A stretch of 64,000 nt of DNA from Bacilli bacterium (GCA_017470115.1 JAFUEZ010000002.1:49665-113664), one strand, 5' to 3'; positions 1 through 10,700 are shown, numbered from the stretch's first letter. Notes: a model not told the origin generated them from the letters alone. Made by a program: numbers and translations.

Positions 1-1860
1 AGCACTTAGAATATTAAAGGATATAGTATGTATACCTGCAGAAAGCTTACTAACATTAGTTTTTGAATCTTTGAAATTATACCAATCGTTTCCGTCAGTT
101 CTTCCTAAAGTTATGTTGTCGTTATCTACGTGTTCACCATCGATTTTAATATCATATGCGCCACCTGTTTGAATAGCTTCATATTTACAAACAGTGGCAA
201 TTGCTTCGAGGTCAAATTCTTCTTTTAAGTCAAAAGTCCAACTCCAACTTGCTTTTAATACTGAATGAAGTGATTTGCCGCCACTAGCGTAAGAATTTGG
301 TTCAACAAGTTTTTCCCAATCTTTATCGCTTTGTTTTTCTTCGATGCCTTCAATTGGAAGATCTTCTGCTTCTAAAGTAATTTCTTTAGCTTCGTCGATA
401 ACATAATCTGGTTCAGGTGCTGGTTCGCTAAATTTGAATAAAACCTTATCTACATTAACGGCACTTAATATATTAAAGGAAATAGTGTGTACTCCAGCAG
501 ACAATTTGCCGATGTTTGTTTTTGAATCTTTGAAATTATACCAATCATTTCCGTCAGTTCTTCCTAAAGTTATGTTGTCGTTATCAAAGTGTACTCCGTC
601 CACTTTAATATCATAGGCTTCACCTGTTTGAATAGCTTCATATTTACAAACTGTAGCAATTGCTTCAAGGTCAAATTCTTCTTTTAAGTCAAAAGTCCAA
701 CTCCAACTTGCTTTAAAAACTGAATGAAGTGATTTGCCGCCACTAGCGTAAGAATTTGGTTCAACAAGTTTTTCCCAATCTTTATCGCTTTGTTTTTCTT
801 CGATGCCTTCAATTGGAAGATCTTCTGCTTCAATTGTAATTTCTTTAGCTTCGTCAACCACATAATCAACGGTATCTTCAGGTTCTTCAACTGGTGCAAA
901 ATCAAAATAATCAATATTTGCAGTGCCACTACCTGTATTACTAACTACAACTATTTTGGCATCGTGTGTACCTTCAGTAAGTGTTGCTTGTTCAAAATGT
1001 AAAGTTTGCCATTGTGTGATATCTTCACGTGCATCAAGGTTGCCTGTTAAAGCAATTTCTTGTGTGTCATCTAAAACTAATTTATAAGTTAATGACATAT
1101 CAACAGTTTTATCTTTTTTGCCCTCAACTTGAGCAAAAGCGCCACTAATATCATATTTTCCTGTTGCTGGAACAACAATTTTGAAATATGCAGGCTTTGC
1201 ATTTGTAACATTTCCTGTAGCAGCAGCCAAGAATTTACCGCCGCTTGCATCAGCTCTTTCAACAATAGGGGTGTCGTTGCCACTGCCAATTACCCAGTCT
1301 TTTGTATCAACTCTTTCGGCCTCAAATCTAACAGTTTCGGTTTCACTTAATTCAACAGTATGATCTTCAACAACTGGTGGTTCTTCTGGTTCTGCATTTG
1401 GATCAGTAAATTTAAGTACGATTTTATCAACATTAATTGCATCTAAAATATTGAAGGAAATCTTGTGTGAGCCAACTGCAACTTTTCCAACTTCAGTTTT
1501 AGAATCTTTGAAGTTGTACCAATCGTTACCATCTGTTCTTCCTAAAGTGATGTTGTCGTTATCGAAATGAACACCATCAAGTTTAATTTCATATTTTGTT
1601 CCTGTTTGAATTGCTTCGTATTTACAAACAACTGCAACAACTTCTAAATTTAATTCTTTTTGAACATCTAAATCCCAGCTCCAGCTTGCTTTAACAACTG
1701 AATGAAGTGATTTGCCGCCACTAGCGTAAGAATTTGCTTCAACAAGTTTTGACCAATCTTTATCGCTTTGTTTTTCTTCGATGCCTTCAAATGGAAGATC
1801 TTCTGCTTCAATTGTAATTTCCTTGACATCATCAATTACATAGTCAACATGTCCTTCAAC
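1..1860 (-). repeat. Intragenic tandem repeats. Two near-identical units of about 459 bp lie at roughly 1-440 and 440-900, and a diverged third copy lies at roughly 1395-1860.
   Basis: Direct comparison shows, for example, 62-130 matching 521-589 almost perfectly at an offset of 459 bp. The region 1500-1800 is a diverged copy of the same unit. Confidence 0.85.
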
Positions 1861-3129
1861 AGTAATTGGGAAGGCAAATTCGTGGCCATCATAAATAGCA
1901 ACTATTTCTGTATCTGTAATTTCAACAACCTCTTTTTTAGCTGTGAAGCCTTCAGTAATATCTTCTGTTGAATCGTCGTTATATTTTGCTGTTAAAACTA
2001 AGCCAGATAAATCAACAGTTTCACCAGCAACATAGTGTGTTTTTGTTGGTGCCGATTTAACTTCATAACCGACCAATTCTTTTTCCATGACTTTGTCACC
2101 GTATTTTGTAACGACAAAATCAAAATAATCCATATTTGGTTTTCCTGAAACACATTTAACTGAGAATGTGTGTTTTCCTTTTGAAATCGAAACGACTCCA
2201 ACAGGGAATTCGCACCAATCCCAATATCCATTTTTGCCAAATTCTTTATCTTGAGCGACTATAACTTGGTCGTCCATTTTAAATTCAAGAGCTTCTGATA
2301 AACTATAATCTTTACCAATATCAGCCATTGCAGCTTTAATAAGGATTGTAGAATCTTCTTTTGCTTCAAAACGGATTTTGAAAATTGAATTCAAATTATA
2401 ACCACAGATTGACTTGCCTCCGCTTGTAACTGAACCATCATTTGGTGATTCAATAAATCCTCTTCCAGCCTGAGCAAAATCTTCTCTTAAAATTGCTTCA
2501 CTGAAATCGAGTTCTTCGGCTTCAAGTCTAATTGTTTTTAAATCATCAATAACTACGTCGACAGGATCTGTGACAGTGATGCTGATTTTTGCTTCAAAAG
2601 TTTTATATCTGACGATCATTTCCTTATCAGATTCTTTTAATTCTCTATCCGCATCAACAATTGTGTAATCTTTAACTTCTAAAGTTGATTCATCTTCATA
2701 GACAGCGTGAACTACTAATCCGGTAGGATCAAATTTTTGATTGATTTTATATTCTAATTTATAAGGTTGCTCTTTGATTATAATTCCCTTAACAGCAACT
2801 TCACGAACTGTGATGTCTAATGTACAAGTAAAATTTTGATAAGTAAATGTGATGACTTTATCTTGTAAAGTCAATGGGTCGTGTTTATCCCAAGTATATC
2901 CACTTACAATCTTTTTTTGTCCGTCTTTCCAAGTAGACTCAATAACGACACCAGTAGGATCAAAAACTTCTCCAACTTTATATGTTGTTTTTGTTGGTGG
3001 TGTTTTAATTGAAATACTTACTATTTCGTTTTTGACATAAATAGGTTCTTCGCTTTCATTACATGCTACTAAAGAGCCAGTTAATAATGCGCAACTTAAT
3101 ACCGCTAATGCGATTCTTCTTTTTTTCAT
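1..3129 (-). CDS. Large cell-surface lipoprotein, 3' end outside the window. It has a signal peptide with a lipobox, three Big_3-like Ig domains, and several galactose-binding-like (CBM6/35-like) modules including tandem repeats.
   Basis: A continuous minus-strand ORF runs from the ATG at about 3129 to the window edge; it is missing from the ORF track because there is no in-window stop. The N-terminus reads MKKRRIALAVLSCALLTGSLVAC (lipobox), with a GGAGG ribosome-binding site upstream. Big_3-like units (YKVGEVFDPTGVV...) occur three times. CBM-like modules end in (M/I)DYFDF and carry DNDNITLGRTDGNDWYNFKDSK motifs. Confidence 0.8.
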   Translation of the reverse strand, partial: MKKRRIALAVLSCALLTGSLVACNESEEPIYVKNEIVSISIKTPPTKTTYKVGEVFDPTGVVIESTWKDGQKKIVSGYTWDKHDPLTLQDKVITFTYQNFTCTLDITVREVAVKGIIIKEQPYKLEYKINQKFDPTGLVVHAVYEDESTLEVKDYTIVDADRELKESDKEMIVRYKTFEAKISITVTDPVDVVIDDLKTIRLEAEELDFSEAILREDFAQAGRGFIESPNDGSVTSGGKSICGYNLNSIFKIRFEAKEDSTILIKAAMADIGKDYSLSEALEFKMDDQVIVAQDKEFGKNGYWDWCEFPVGVVSISKGKHTFSVKCVSGKPNMDYFDFVVTKYGDKVMEKELVGYEVKSAPTKTHYVAGETVDLSGLVLTAKYNDDSTEDITEGFTAKKEVVEITDTEIVAIYDGHEFAFPITVEGHVDYVIDDVKEITIEAEDLPFEGIEEKQSDKDWSKLVEANSYASGGKSLHSVVKASWSWDLDVQKELNLEVVAVVCKYEAIQTGTKYEIKLDGVHFDNDNITLGRTDGNDWYNFKDSKTEVGKVAVGSHKISFNILDAINVDKIVLKFTDPNAEPEEPPVVEDHTVELSETETVRFEAERVDTKDWVIGSGNDTPIVERADASGGKFLAAATGNVTNAKPAYFKIVVPATGKYDISGAFAQVEGKKDKTVDMSLTYKLVLDDTQEIALTGNLDAREDITQWQTLHFEQATLTEGTHDAKIVVVSNTGSGTANIDYFDFAPVEEPEDTVDYVVDEAKEITIEAEDLPIEGIEEKQSDKDWEKLVEPNSYASGGKSLHSVFKASWSWTFDLKEEFDLEAIATVCKYEAIQTGEAYDIKVDGVHFDNDNITLGRTDGNDWYNFKDSKTNIGKLSAGVHTISFNILSAVNVDKVLFKFSEPAPEPDYVIDEAKEITLEAEDLPIEGIEEKQSDKDWEKLVEPNSYASGGKSLHSVLKASWSWTFDLKEEFDLEAIATVCKYEAIQTGGAYDIKIDGEHVDNDNITLGRTDGNDWYNFKDSKTNVSKLSAGIHTISFNILSA

Positions 3130-3284
3130 TATTTTCCTCCTAAAAATTATTGGCTAATATTATCGAAGCCTCAAAATTAATGACAAAACTATTATAAAAT
3201 TACTAATTTTACTTTGTTTCAATTGTGCATAAGTTTCGTTTAAATTGTCGTATTTTTAACTAAATCAAGGAAATTAGGTTTCAA

Positions 3285-3316
3285 AATGTGATTTAAATCA
3301 CACTTTTTTGGTCATC
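3285..3316. terminator. Bidirectional rho-independent terminator: palindrome AAAATGTGATTTAAATCACAC flanked by an A-run and a T-run.
   Basis: A perfect 8-bp stem (TGTGATTT / AAATCACA) is followed by TTTTTTG. It lies just downstream of the stop of the 3377..3823 gene. Confidence 0.6.
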
Positions 3317-3376
3317 TATAGCGCAAATAAAAAGATGGTCGTTTCACCATCTTCTTATTCTTTAAGCAAATTTCAA

Positions 3377-3823
3377 TTAGGCTTCTTTCTTTCTAAGCAT
3401 GAAAACGCCAATAATGTAAAGAATTAAGCCTGCTGCACTTACAAGGGTTGAAGCTAAAGCACCTAAATTTTGGAATGAGTTAATTAAACTTGCAACAACA
3501 CTAATGATGCAAATAATTGACATAACAAATGCCCAAGTTTTTGCTTTGCCTTGAAGTGAATACTTAAATCCTGGAATGACGACAAGTAAGTTAATAACGA
3601 CAGAAATAACAAGAATAACAATTGCTGTTATCATTGCGATTGTTTTTGCCATTTCAACTTCGGCATCAGCTCCACCAGCGTCTCTAACTGCTTTTGCTGC
3701 GGCATCCATAACTACACCTAAACCTAAGGCGGTTGTAATTATAGATAAAACAGCACTAATTGCAATAATGATTGTTCCAATAAATAAAAGTAAAGCACCA
3801 GTATTACCTTTTAAACGGCCCAT
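3377..3823 (-). CDS. Small integral membrane protein of 148 aa with about four predicted TM helices; function unknown.
   Basis: The ORF has a hydrophobic profile and is followed by a terminator. Confidence 0.5.
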   Translation of the reverse strand: MGRLKGNTGALLLFIGTIIIAISAVLSIITTALGLGVVMDAAAKAVRDAGGADAEVEMAKTIAMITAIVILVISVVINLLVVIPGFKYSLQGKAKTWAFVMSIICIISVVASLINSFQNLGALASTLVSAAGLILYIIGVFMLRKKEA

Positions 3824-3882
3824 ATGAAATCCTCCTTAAATTAATTATAAAGTAATATAAATAATATTCGAATAAAAATTAA

Positions 3883-5313
3883 TTAATCTTCTTCTAAATC
3901 AACTAACCAAGACGTCATCAAGCTCTTTTTAAATACACGAATTGTATTGCCATAAGTTACGTCAAAATAATATTTTATAGCCATGTCTTTTTCATCATTA
4001 ATGAAGCATTCAACATATTTACAATCTTCGGTATTAAAGAAATCACTCTTTTCTTTAGGATCATCTAAATTGTATGCAGGAACAAATTTATGGAATCCAT
4101 TATTTTCTAAAATTTGATCATAACCACCAAGTAAATAATATGGACTATCGTCACGTATGTTATAGCATTGATGGTGATAAGATAAGGTTCCATCGAGAAG
4201 ACCAGAATGAGCAAAAGACATTGTAGTTGGAACGTTGTAACGTTTTCCTAAAGGAATAAATGGGATTGCATTTGGATCAATGCCTCCATCATACCATGTA
4301 GCAAATGTTGCTTTATCGCTTTCACTCCAATCGGTTGCGGTTGTGGTTTCTTTTTCACCAAAATAACCTTTTTTCATTTTATAAAACATGATTTCTGTGT
4401 TATTTAAAGGACCATAAGTTTTGCCAAGTGGAGTTGTATAAAGATAATTTTGAAGTCTAATCATGCATTCAATTTCTTCTTTTTCATCAAAACAATACCA
4501 ATATCCACCATTTTTACCATAAAAGCCATAATAAGGATCTTCATATGAACGATTTACAGTAAATCCATTTTTCTTTAATATTTCTACATAATCTACTGGG
4601 TGAACATTTGCTAAATATGCTGTAGTGTGACTTGGTTTTTCTTTGTAATAATCAAGTCCATACCAAATTTCAATATTATCTCCTTCAGGAGCAGGAAGTT
4701 TAATTCTTGTATCCTCTCCAAGTGATGCTAAGGTTTCATTTAAAAGATCTGAATCGGGAATATTTTTTGTTCCTTGATAACCTTTAAAGACTTTAGAATT
4801 ATCTTCGTTAACATAAACAGTTTTAAGGTCGTTTGTGACAAAATACATGAATTTGCCATAAGCGACAACAAGGTAGCCATCATCATATTTTTGAGCTTTT
4901 AGTGGATCTTTAATTCCTCTATAAAGATAGATTCCTTCTTCGTTTTCTCTTAGTTCAGATTCTTTACAAGTAAAACTTAAAACACCATCTTTTCTTTCAA
5001 CATAAACATATTGTCCTTGAGTGTTATATAAAGTTACATATTCTTTAGAATTATAAACGCTAAAAAGTAAAGCTTTACCTGAATAATAGCTTGTTGAAGT
5101 TGATCCTTCATATATTGTCCAAAAATATGCTGACTCATCTAATTTTTTATTAAATGAATCCATATCTGTGAATTTTTCATATTTTAAATCCTGAATAAAG
5201 TAATCTTCGTAGTTGTCATAACCACTTTCTCCAAAAATAAGTGATAAAAAATCACAGGAAGTTAAAGAAATTGCGCTTATAGCTACTAATAAAATTTTGC
5301 CAAAATGTTTCAT
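3883..5313 (-). CDS. Secreted lipoprotein of 476 aa; function unknown.
   Basis: The N-terminus MKHFGKILLVAISAISLTSC is a signal peptide ending in the lipobox LTSC. No catalytic motif was recognised. Confidence 0.6.
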   Translation of the reverse strand: MKHFGKILLVAISAISLTSCDFLSLIFGESGYDNYEDYFIQDLKYEKFTDMDSFNKKLDESAYFWTIYEGSTSTSYYSGKALLFSVYNSKEYVTLYNTQGQYVYVERKDGVLSFTCKESELRENEEGIYLYRGIKDPLKAQKYDDGYLVVAYGKFMYFVTNDLKTVYVNEDNSKVFKGYQGTKNIPDSDLLNETLASLGEDTRIKLPAPEGDNIEIWYGLDYYKEKPSHTTAYLANVHPVDYVEILKKNGFTVNRSYEDPYYGFYGKNGGYWYCFDEKEEIECMIRLQNYLYTTPLGKTYGPLNNTEIMFYKMKKGYFGEKETTTATDWSESDKATFATWYDGGIDPNAIPFIPLGKRYNVPTTMSFAHSGLLDGTLSYHHQCYNIRDDSPYYLLGGYDQILENNGFHKFVPAYNLDDPKEKSDFFNTEDCKYVECFINDEKDMAIKYYFDVTYGNTIRVFKKSLMTSWLVDLEED

Positions 5314-5346
5314 AAAAGCACCTCATAAAATGCTTGGTTTTTATCA

Positions 5347-5400
5347 TTATAATAAAAAAATGACTTGATTACTATTGAACATAATCAAGTCTATTTGTTT
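5347..5400 (-). terminator. Hairpin GACTTGATTA-loop-TAATCAAGTC followed by a T-run on the minus strand. It could be a terminator or an attenuator between the small ORF and the lipoprotein gene.
   Basis: A 10-bp perfect inverted repeat at about 5362-5394 is followed by TTTTTTT on the minus strand. Confidence 0.4.
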
Positions 5401-5419
5401 TTAAGATAAGTTTCTTGGT

Positions 5420-5482
5420 TTATTTACTTTTTAAACCTTTGTAATAACGGATCAAGAAACTTAATGCTTTTACAAATGCCAT
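5420..5482 (-). CDS. Candidate 20-aa small ORF or leader peptide (MAFVKALSFLIRYYKGLKSK).
   Basis: A strong ribosome-binding site (AAGGAG) sits 9 nt upstream of the ATG. A terminator-like hairpin follows, lying between this ORF and the lipoprotein gene. Confidence 0.2.
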   Translation of the reverse strand: MAFVKALSFLIRYYKGLKSK

Positions 5483-5663
5483 ACTTCTCTTTCTCCTTTC
5501 TTCTGGTTTATTTCAACCACTAAAAGAATAAACCCTAAAAATTAATTGTAAAGCAATAGAAAACGCTTTCTTAAAACTGAAAGCGCTATCTTTATGATTT
5601 TATATTTTATAGAATATTTTTATTAAAAATTTTTGTGTTTATTAGTTTAAATATATCTAAATT

Positions 5664-6362
5664 ATGATTGGTTTTATTACGTTAATTATATTCATGTTTG
5701 TTGCCTTTGGGCTCACCACTATATTTAGAAAGTGGCTTGATGTTCCTACTTTAATTGCGGTTGCTATCGGTTCTGCTGTAAATGCGAATTTATTCACTTC
5801 AATTAATAATCCTATTTATTTAGGAGAGCTTGTTTTTTCAATGGAAAACATTTTAAGTGTTTTATTTATGTATACCGTAATTGTGAGAATTTTAGATTAT
5901 GGATATAAACAAGGAAGAAACATGACAATTACCACTATTGCCGCAATTATTATTTCAGCGCTTATCGAGCTTACCGCTAAACTTGCGTATAATGGATATT
6001 CTATAGAAGCACTTAAAAACTTCTTTATCTACCTTTTCTCATGTATTGGATCAATTGCTGGAGTTTGGGTTATGGTTTTAATCACAATTGGCTGTAGAAA
6101 AAAGAATGTTTTATCTTATTTAATAATTCTTTTAGCTTTAATTGCTGGTTTAATTGTCCACTCAGTATTCTATTATGGTGGCGTTGCCCTGATTGAATTT
6201 GATAATATCTTTAATTTCAATAGATTGCTTGGCGCTGTTATTCTTAAACTCACTTGTATTTTATTAGCAATGTTCTGCTACTTTATTAATAAAAAATATT
6301 TAATCCCTAACAATTTAAAAAAGACTAGTGAAGCTAGTCCTGAAAATAAGCAAAACAAATAA
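5664..6362 (+). CDS. Integral membrane protein of 232 aa with about six TM helices. It may be a VUT/YhhQ-like substrate-capture transporter component; function uncertain.
   Basis: The hydrophobic ORF has a short polar C-terminal tail. The family assignment is a weak guess from composition only. Confidence 0.45.
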   Translation: MIGFITLIIFMFVAFGLTTIFRKWLDVPTLIAVAIGSAVNANLFTSINNPIYLGELVFSMENILSVLFMYTVIVRILDYGYKQGRNMTITTIAAIIISALIELTAKLAYNGYSIEALKNFFIYLFSCIGSIAGVWVMVLITIGCRKKNVLSYLIILLALIAGLIVHSVFYYGGVALIEFDNIFNFNRLLGAVILKLTCILLAMFCYFINKKYLIPNNLKKTSEASPENKQNK

Positions 6363-6364
6363 TT

Positions 6365-7480
6365 TTATTTTCTGCGTTCTATTTGAGAGGTTTTATAATA
6401 TTCAGATTTGTCGACATACATCGCTTTTTCTGCTTGTCGAATTAAATCTTGAAGAGAAGTGTTTTTGTCGTTACGGAAAGCTAAACCTATTGAACAAGTA
6501 TATTTAGTTTTGCTCAAATCTTCTTTGATTTCATCGACGATTTCTCTAACTGCATCTTCTTTCATATTGTTAGCAATAACAACAAATTCATCGCCACCTA
6601 ATCGATATGCATACATGTCTCTATTGCATTTATCCACAATTATTCTAGAAATTTCAATTAAGGCTTTGTCACCTTCTTCATGTCCGAAATTATCATTTAA
6701 ATATTTAAGTCCATTCATATCAAACTGAATAACAGCCGATGAACTCGCTTCCATTCTTAATAAATCTTGATAATAAGTGGAACGATTAAATAGATTAGTT
6801 AAAGCGTCTCGTTTTCTTTTTTCCATAAATAGGAATAGATAATAAGACATAACACAAATCATAATTCCTGTATTAAGAATGTGGATGTCACCGTTTTCGT
6901 TAAAGAACGTTTCAATAGATACACATGAAAGAATCAATATTACACAAACTAAAATAATAATCGCATTGGAGATATGTTTGAGTTTTATGCTCATTACGGA
7001 AACATATAAGAAATAAATCAAATATAAAAGACCAACAATATGAGAAGAGAACCTTAGTGGCCCTCCGTCAAATCCGATTTCTTCTCCTTTTATTGAGAAT
7101 TGAAATACATATTGTTTAACTCCTGGGATAAAAGCTAAAAGGAAAATCACAAAGTTAATCATTAATGGAATAGTGAATACAATCGACCATTTTCCTTTTG
7201 GTTGACCTTTACTTAAGAAGATAAATAAAACCACACAAACAGGTCTTAAAACATATTGAAGAAAAGCTACCACTGTCGTCGCTTCAACTGATGCAATATC
7301 TTTAAAATGTTGTTCTAATACTTCTGTGATTGATAGCAAAATCGCAATGCCTGTAATTGCTAACATGAATTCACTTGTTCTTTTATGTTGCTTAAAATTA
7401 AAAATCGAAATGAAAATCATGATTGCACTAATAACAATCAAGAAAATGTTTGATACGAGATAGTTTAAAAAGTGATTCAT
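6365..7480 (-). CDS. Membrane-anchored diguanylate cyclase with an N-terminal multi-TM sensor region and a C-terminal GGDEF domain.
   Basis: It contains the RLGGDEF motif in an FDMNGLKYLNDNFGHEEGD...YRLGGDEFVV context, and about six TM helices in residues 1-200. Confidence 0.8.
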   Translation of the reverse strand: MNHFLNYLVSNIFLIVISAIMIFISIFNFKQHKRTSEFMLAITGIAILLSITEVLEQHFKDIASVEATTVVAFLQYVLRPVCVVLFIFLSKGQPKGKWSIVFTIPLMINFVIFLLAFIPGVKQYVFQFSIKGEEIGFDGGPLRFSSHIVGLLYLIYFLYVSVMSIKLKHISNAIIILVCVILILSCVSIETFFNENGDIHILNTGIMICVMSYYLFLFMEKRKRDALTNLFNRSTYYQDLLRMEASSSAVIQFDMNGLKYLNDNFGHEEGDKALIEISRIIVDKCNRDMYAYRLGGDEFVVIANNMKEDAVREIVDEIKEDLSKTKYTCSIGLAFRNDKNTSLQDLIRQAEKAMYVDKSEYYKTSQIERRK

Positions 7481-7628
7481 ATCTCATATATTTTAAATTA
7501 TTGGATTAATTTAAAAAAGCCTCTAAAAATAAAATAAACAAAAATGAGATATTGCGCATTTTAAAATATCAATAAACTGTCTACTGCTATTTCCTTTTAT
7601 TTCCAACGTGTTTTTTTAAAAATATTGG

Positions 7629-7648
7629 GGTTTTGCAGGGTTTTTGAT
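7629..7648 (+). repeat. Instance of the recurring intergenic motif (GGTTTTGCAGGGTTTTTGAT).
   Basis: It matches the consensus RGTTTTTGCAGGGTTTTT that recurs across the window. Confidence 0.6.
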
Positions 7649-7741
7649 ATTTTTTCATATTCACTATATAACGTGTTTATATATAAAAGCAAAGGGCTTA
7701 GCTTTTGCCATGCCCTTTGTTTTTGAAAGAATATTTTATGA

Positions 7742-10700
7742 TTAATATTCTTCTTCTGGTTCTTTTCTTTCTTTCACATTAATCTTGCCGAGTGCAATAA
7801 GAGCAATGAAAGCTGCATCTACAAGTGCTAAGACACCAGCAACAATCCAACCAGCGATTAAGCCTGATTTCCATGGGGACATTTCATACCAAATGGAAGC
7901 ACTTGGGGAAATACCTTGGACACAGTTACTATTTGCTTTGTTGAATAAAATGTGTTTTGTAGCATCTTTTAAGTGATAGACAGCTGTTGGGGAAGATGTG
8001 TCATATAAACCATCTGTACCATTATTGGTAAGAGTTAAGTGACCACCTCTTCTTAACATGAAGTCAGAAGTCATATAAGTATTCTTTTGACCACCAGCAT
8101 CAGTAATTGCTGTACCTGTGAAGCCAAATTCATCTTCGAGGATGTCATGGATAGAGACGCTTGCACCGCCCCATGTGGCACCGATTCTGTTATAACATGT
8201 CATGATGCCTGTTGCAGCTGACATAGTCTTTTTGGATAAATTGGTATCTAATTCTTCGCCAACTTGTGCATAATATTTAACTTCCATTTTGGCTTCTTTC
8301 ATGTAAAGTTCCCAACCTTTAAGGTAGACTTCACGGAAAGCTTGTTCGTTAACCCATGAACAATAACCATTCTTTTGACGATTTGTTTCTTGATCGTTTA
8401 ATGCATAGTGTTTCATGAAGGTGATTAAACCTTTTTCGGAAGCACCACCTGCTTCAGCAGCAGCCATCTTACCAGCTAAGATACCATCTTCTGAATAATA
8501 TTCATAGTTTCTACCACCGAAGGCGCTTCTATGCATATTGAGACCATAACCATAGATACCAGTGATTAATGTGCCACCTGCTAAGTAGTTAGCATGAGCT
8601 TCTTCACCGAAGGCTTCACCTAGTTCTCTAGCGAGTTTTTCATTGAATGTTGCAGCAACCATTGGATCACCACAGTACCATTTATTGATGTTTTTAATTG
8701 TCAAAGCGTGAGCATAATAACCATATGGGGAGTCAGCATCATAAGATTCTGGAACACCATTTTCGACGTCAGCTTTTTCATTCCAACCACCATTGGTGAC
8801 CATTTCAACCATCTTAGAGAGGGTGAATTGATTCATATAGTCATCCCATTTTGGATCATTGAAGTCAACACCTCTCATACTTGCTAATGTATAGCTTGTA
8901 CCATCGGTATTAACGCTTGGCATTTCTTTGATTGGATTATTTTCTTCTGCCCAAACATCGTATCTGGCAACTTGTTTCAATGCTCTTGCGTCTGTTAATT
9001 CAAAGTCATCTTCTACTGGAGATTGTGGGAAAGAGTCTTTAAAGTTAGTTCTTGTGAAGTTAATAGCATAGCCTTCACCATGATCAGCTTCACCAAAATT
9101 TTTGAAGTGATAATTTAATTCATCATCTTCTTTATTAATAGCAACTGATTTATCTGTGGAACGTTTGCCATCTACGCCATCTTTATAAACAACTTTCTTA
9201 GAAAGATTATCAGTCCATAAGACTTTTTCTTTGCCAGAGGTCATTTCATCGATGTCAGCCCAAGAGTGAGCGTTATCAGATAAATAGAAGTTATAATTAC
9301 CAGCATCTAAAACGTAGGCTTTTTCAACTTGATAATCATAGCTTGTAAAGTAGTCTCTATTGACCTTAATTTCTAAGGTTTCAGAAGCACCAGCCGCTAA
9401 GATTTCGGTTTTTCCAAATCCGCCTAATACGACATGTGATTTTTCGACGTGATTTGCCTTATTTTCGGCTGTGTAAGGAACATTAACATAAATTTGAGCA
9501 ACACCTTTACCAGCAACAGGACCAGTATTAGTGACTTTAACTTTGAATGTGTATTCATTAGAAGCAGCATCAAATGATGGAGTTTCAGCAAATTCTTGTG
9601 CAAATGTTGTATAGCTTAAGCCATAACCGAATGGGAAGACGACTTCTCTAGCATAATCAAAGCCATTATAGTTACCTTCTTTCGCTTCTTTATAAGCTGT
9701 TTCATAATAACGATAACCGACATAGATTCCTTCTTCATAATCAACGAAGAATGTTTCATCTTGATAAGAATTTAATTCATCAGAATTTGAATACACGTAT
9801 GAACCGAAATTCTTATATGTTGGATCTTTTCTTAAATCACGGACATATGTATCAACTAAGTGACCAGATGGGTTAACAGCGCCTTTTAAGATATTAGCTA
9901 ATGCAATTCCACCTTGAGAACCACAGCAACCAGCCCAGATTGCACCATTAACTTTAGAAAAATCATATTTATTACCTGTATATGGATCTGTATAGTTACC
10001 ATCAGAATCCATGTTTGGATCGTTTTCTTGTAACCAACCAAGTTCCATTGCGTTAGCAGAGTTAACGACAATAATAACTTTGTTGAAGTGTTTACAAGCA
10101 TAATCAATGAGCTTTAATTCAGCGTTATTGATAACTAAGCCACTTCTATTTTGTTCACTCATGCCTTGATTTAATGATTGGTCATTACCTTCACCAGAGT
10201 TTCTCTTTAAGGTGATGACGGCTGTTGGATATGAAGCAAATGTAGATTCAGCACTGGCTAAGGCAGTAGCTGGATCAACAAAATCACCATTTGCAGTAGC
10301 ATAAACTTGTTTAGTAGCTTGATTGAATGGGATATCTGTATCTTGTTCAATGCCGTTGGCTAAAGAGACTGCTCCACTTGTGCTTGCTGGGTCTTCACCT
10401 CCAGACATATTGTTGTGCCAAGAATAATAGCCTAACACAGTGACACCTTCATTAGCAGCAAGTGGTAAAGCGTTATTCTTGTTTTTTAACAATGTCATAC
10501 CTTCTTCAGCGGTAAGTTGTGTCATTCTTTGTGCGTTTTTTAAAGCATCGTCTTGATTATCAAATTCAAAATCAATGTAATTGCCATCTAAAGAGCTATT
10601 ATCTTTAGTATGTTGTTTGCCACGTCCAAGTAAGAGATCTAAGTTGTTTTCTTGAACGTTAGCGGCAATTGTGACGCCACCTAATAAAGCCAAGACGGCA

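Noticed and set aside
434-2240. ORF-track entries 434..616, 684..929, 790..1002, 1089..1289, 1129..1350, 1181..1363, 1768..1971 and 1998..2240.
   Set aside because: All lie inside or out of frame with the single long minus-strand surface-lipoprotein ORF (1..3129), which reads through the whole region. They are repeat-generated shadow ORFs.
5500-5664. A search for a preQ1 or TPP riboswitch upstream of the VUT-like membrane-protein gene.
   Set aside because: There is no GGTTC...ACCC preQ1-I core and no CTGAGA / ACCTGATCTGGATAATGCCAGCG thiamine-box elements. Only a cre-like palindrome was found.
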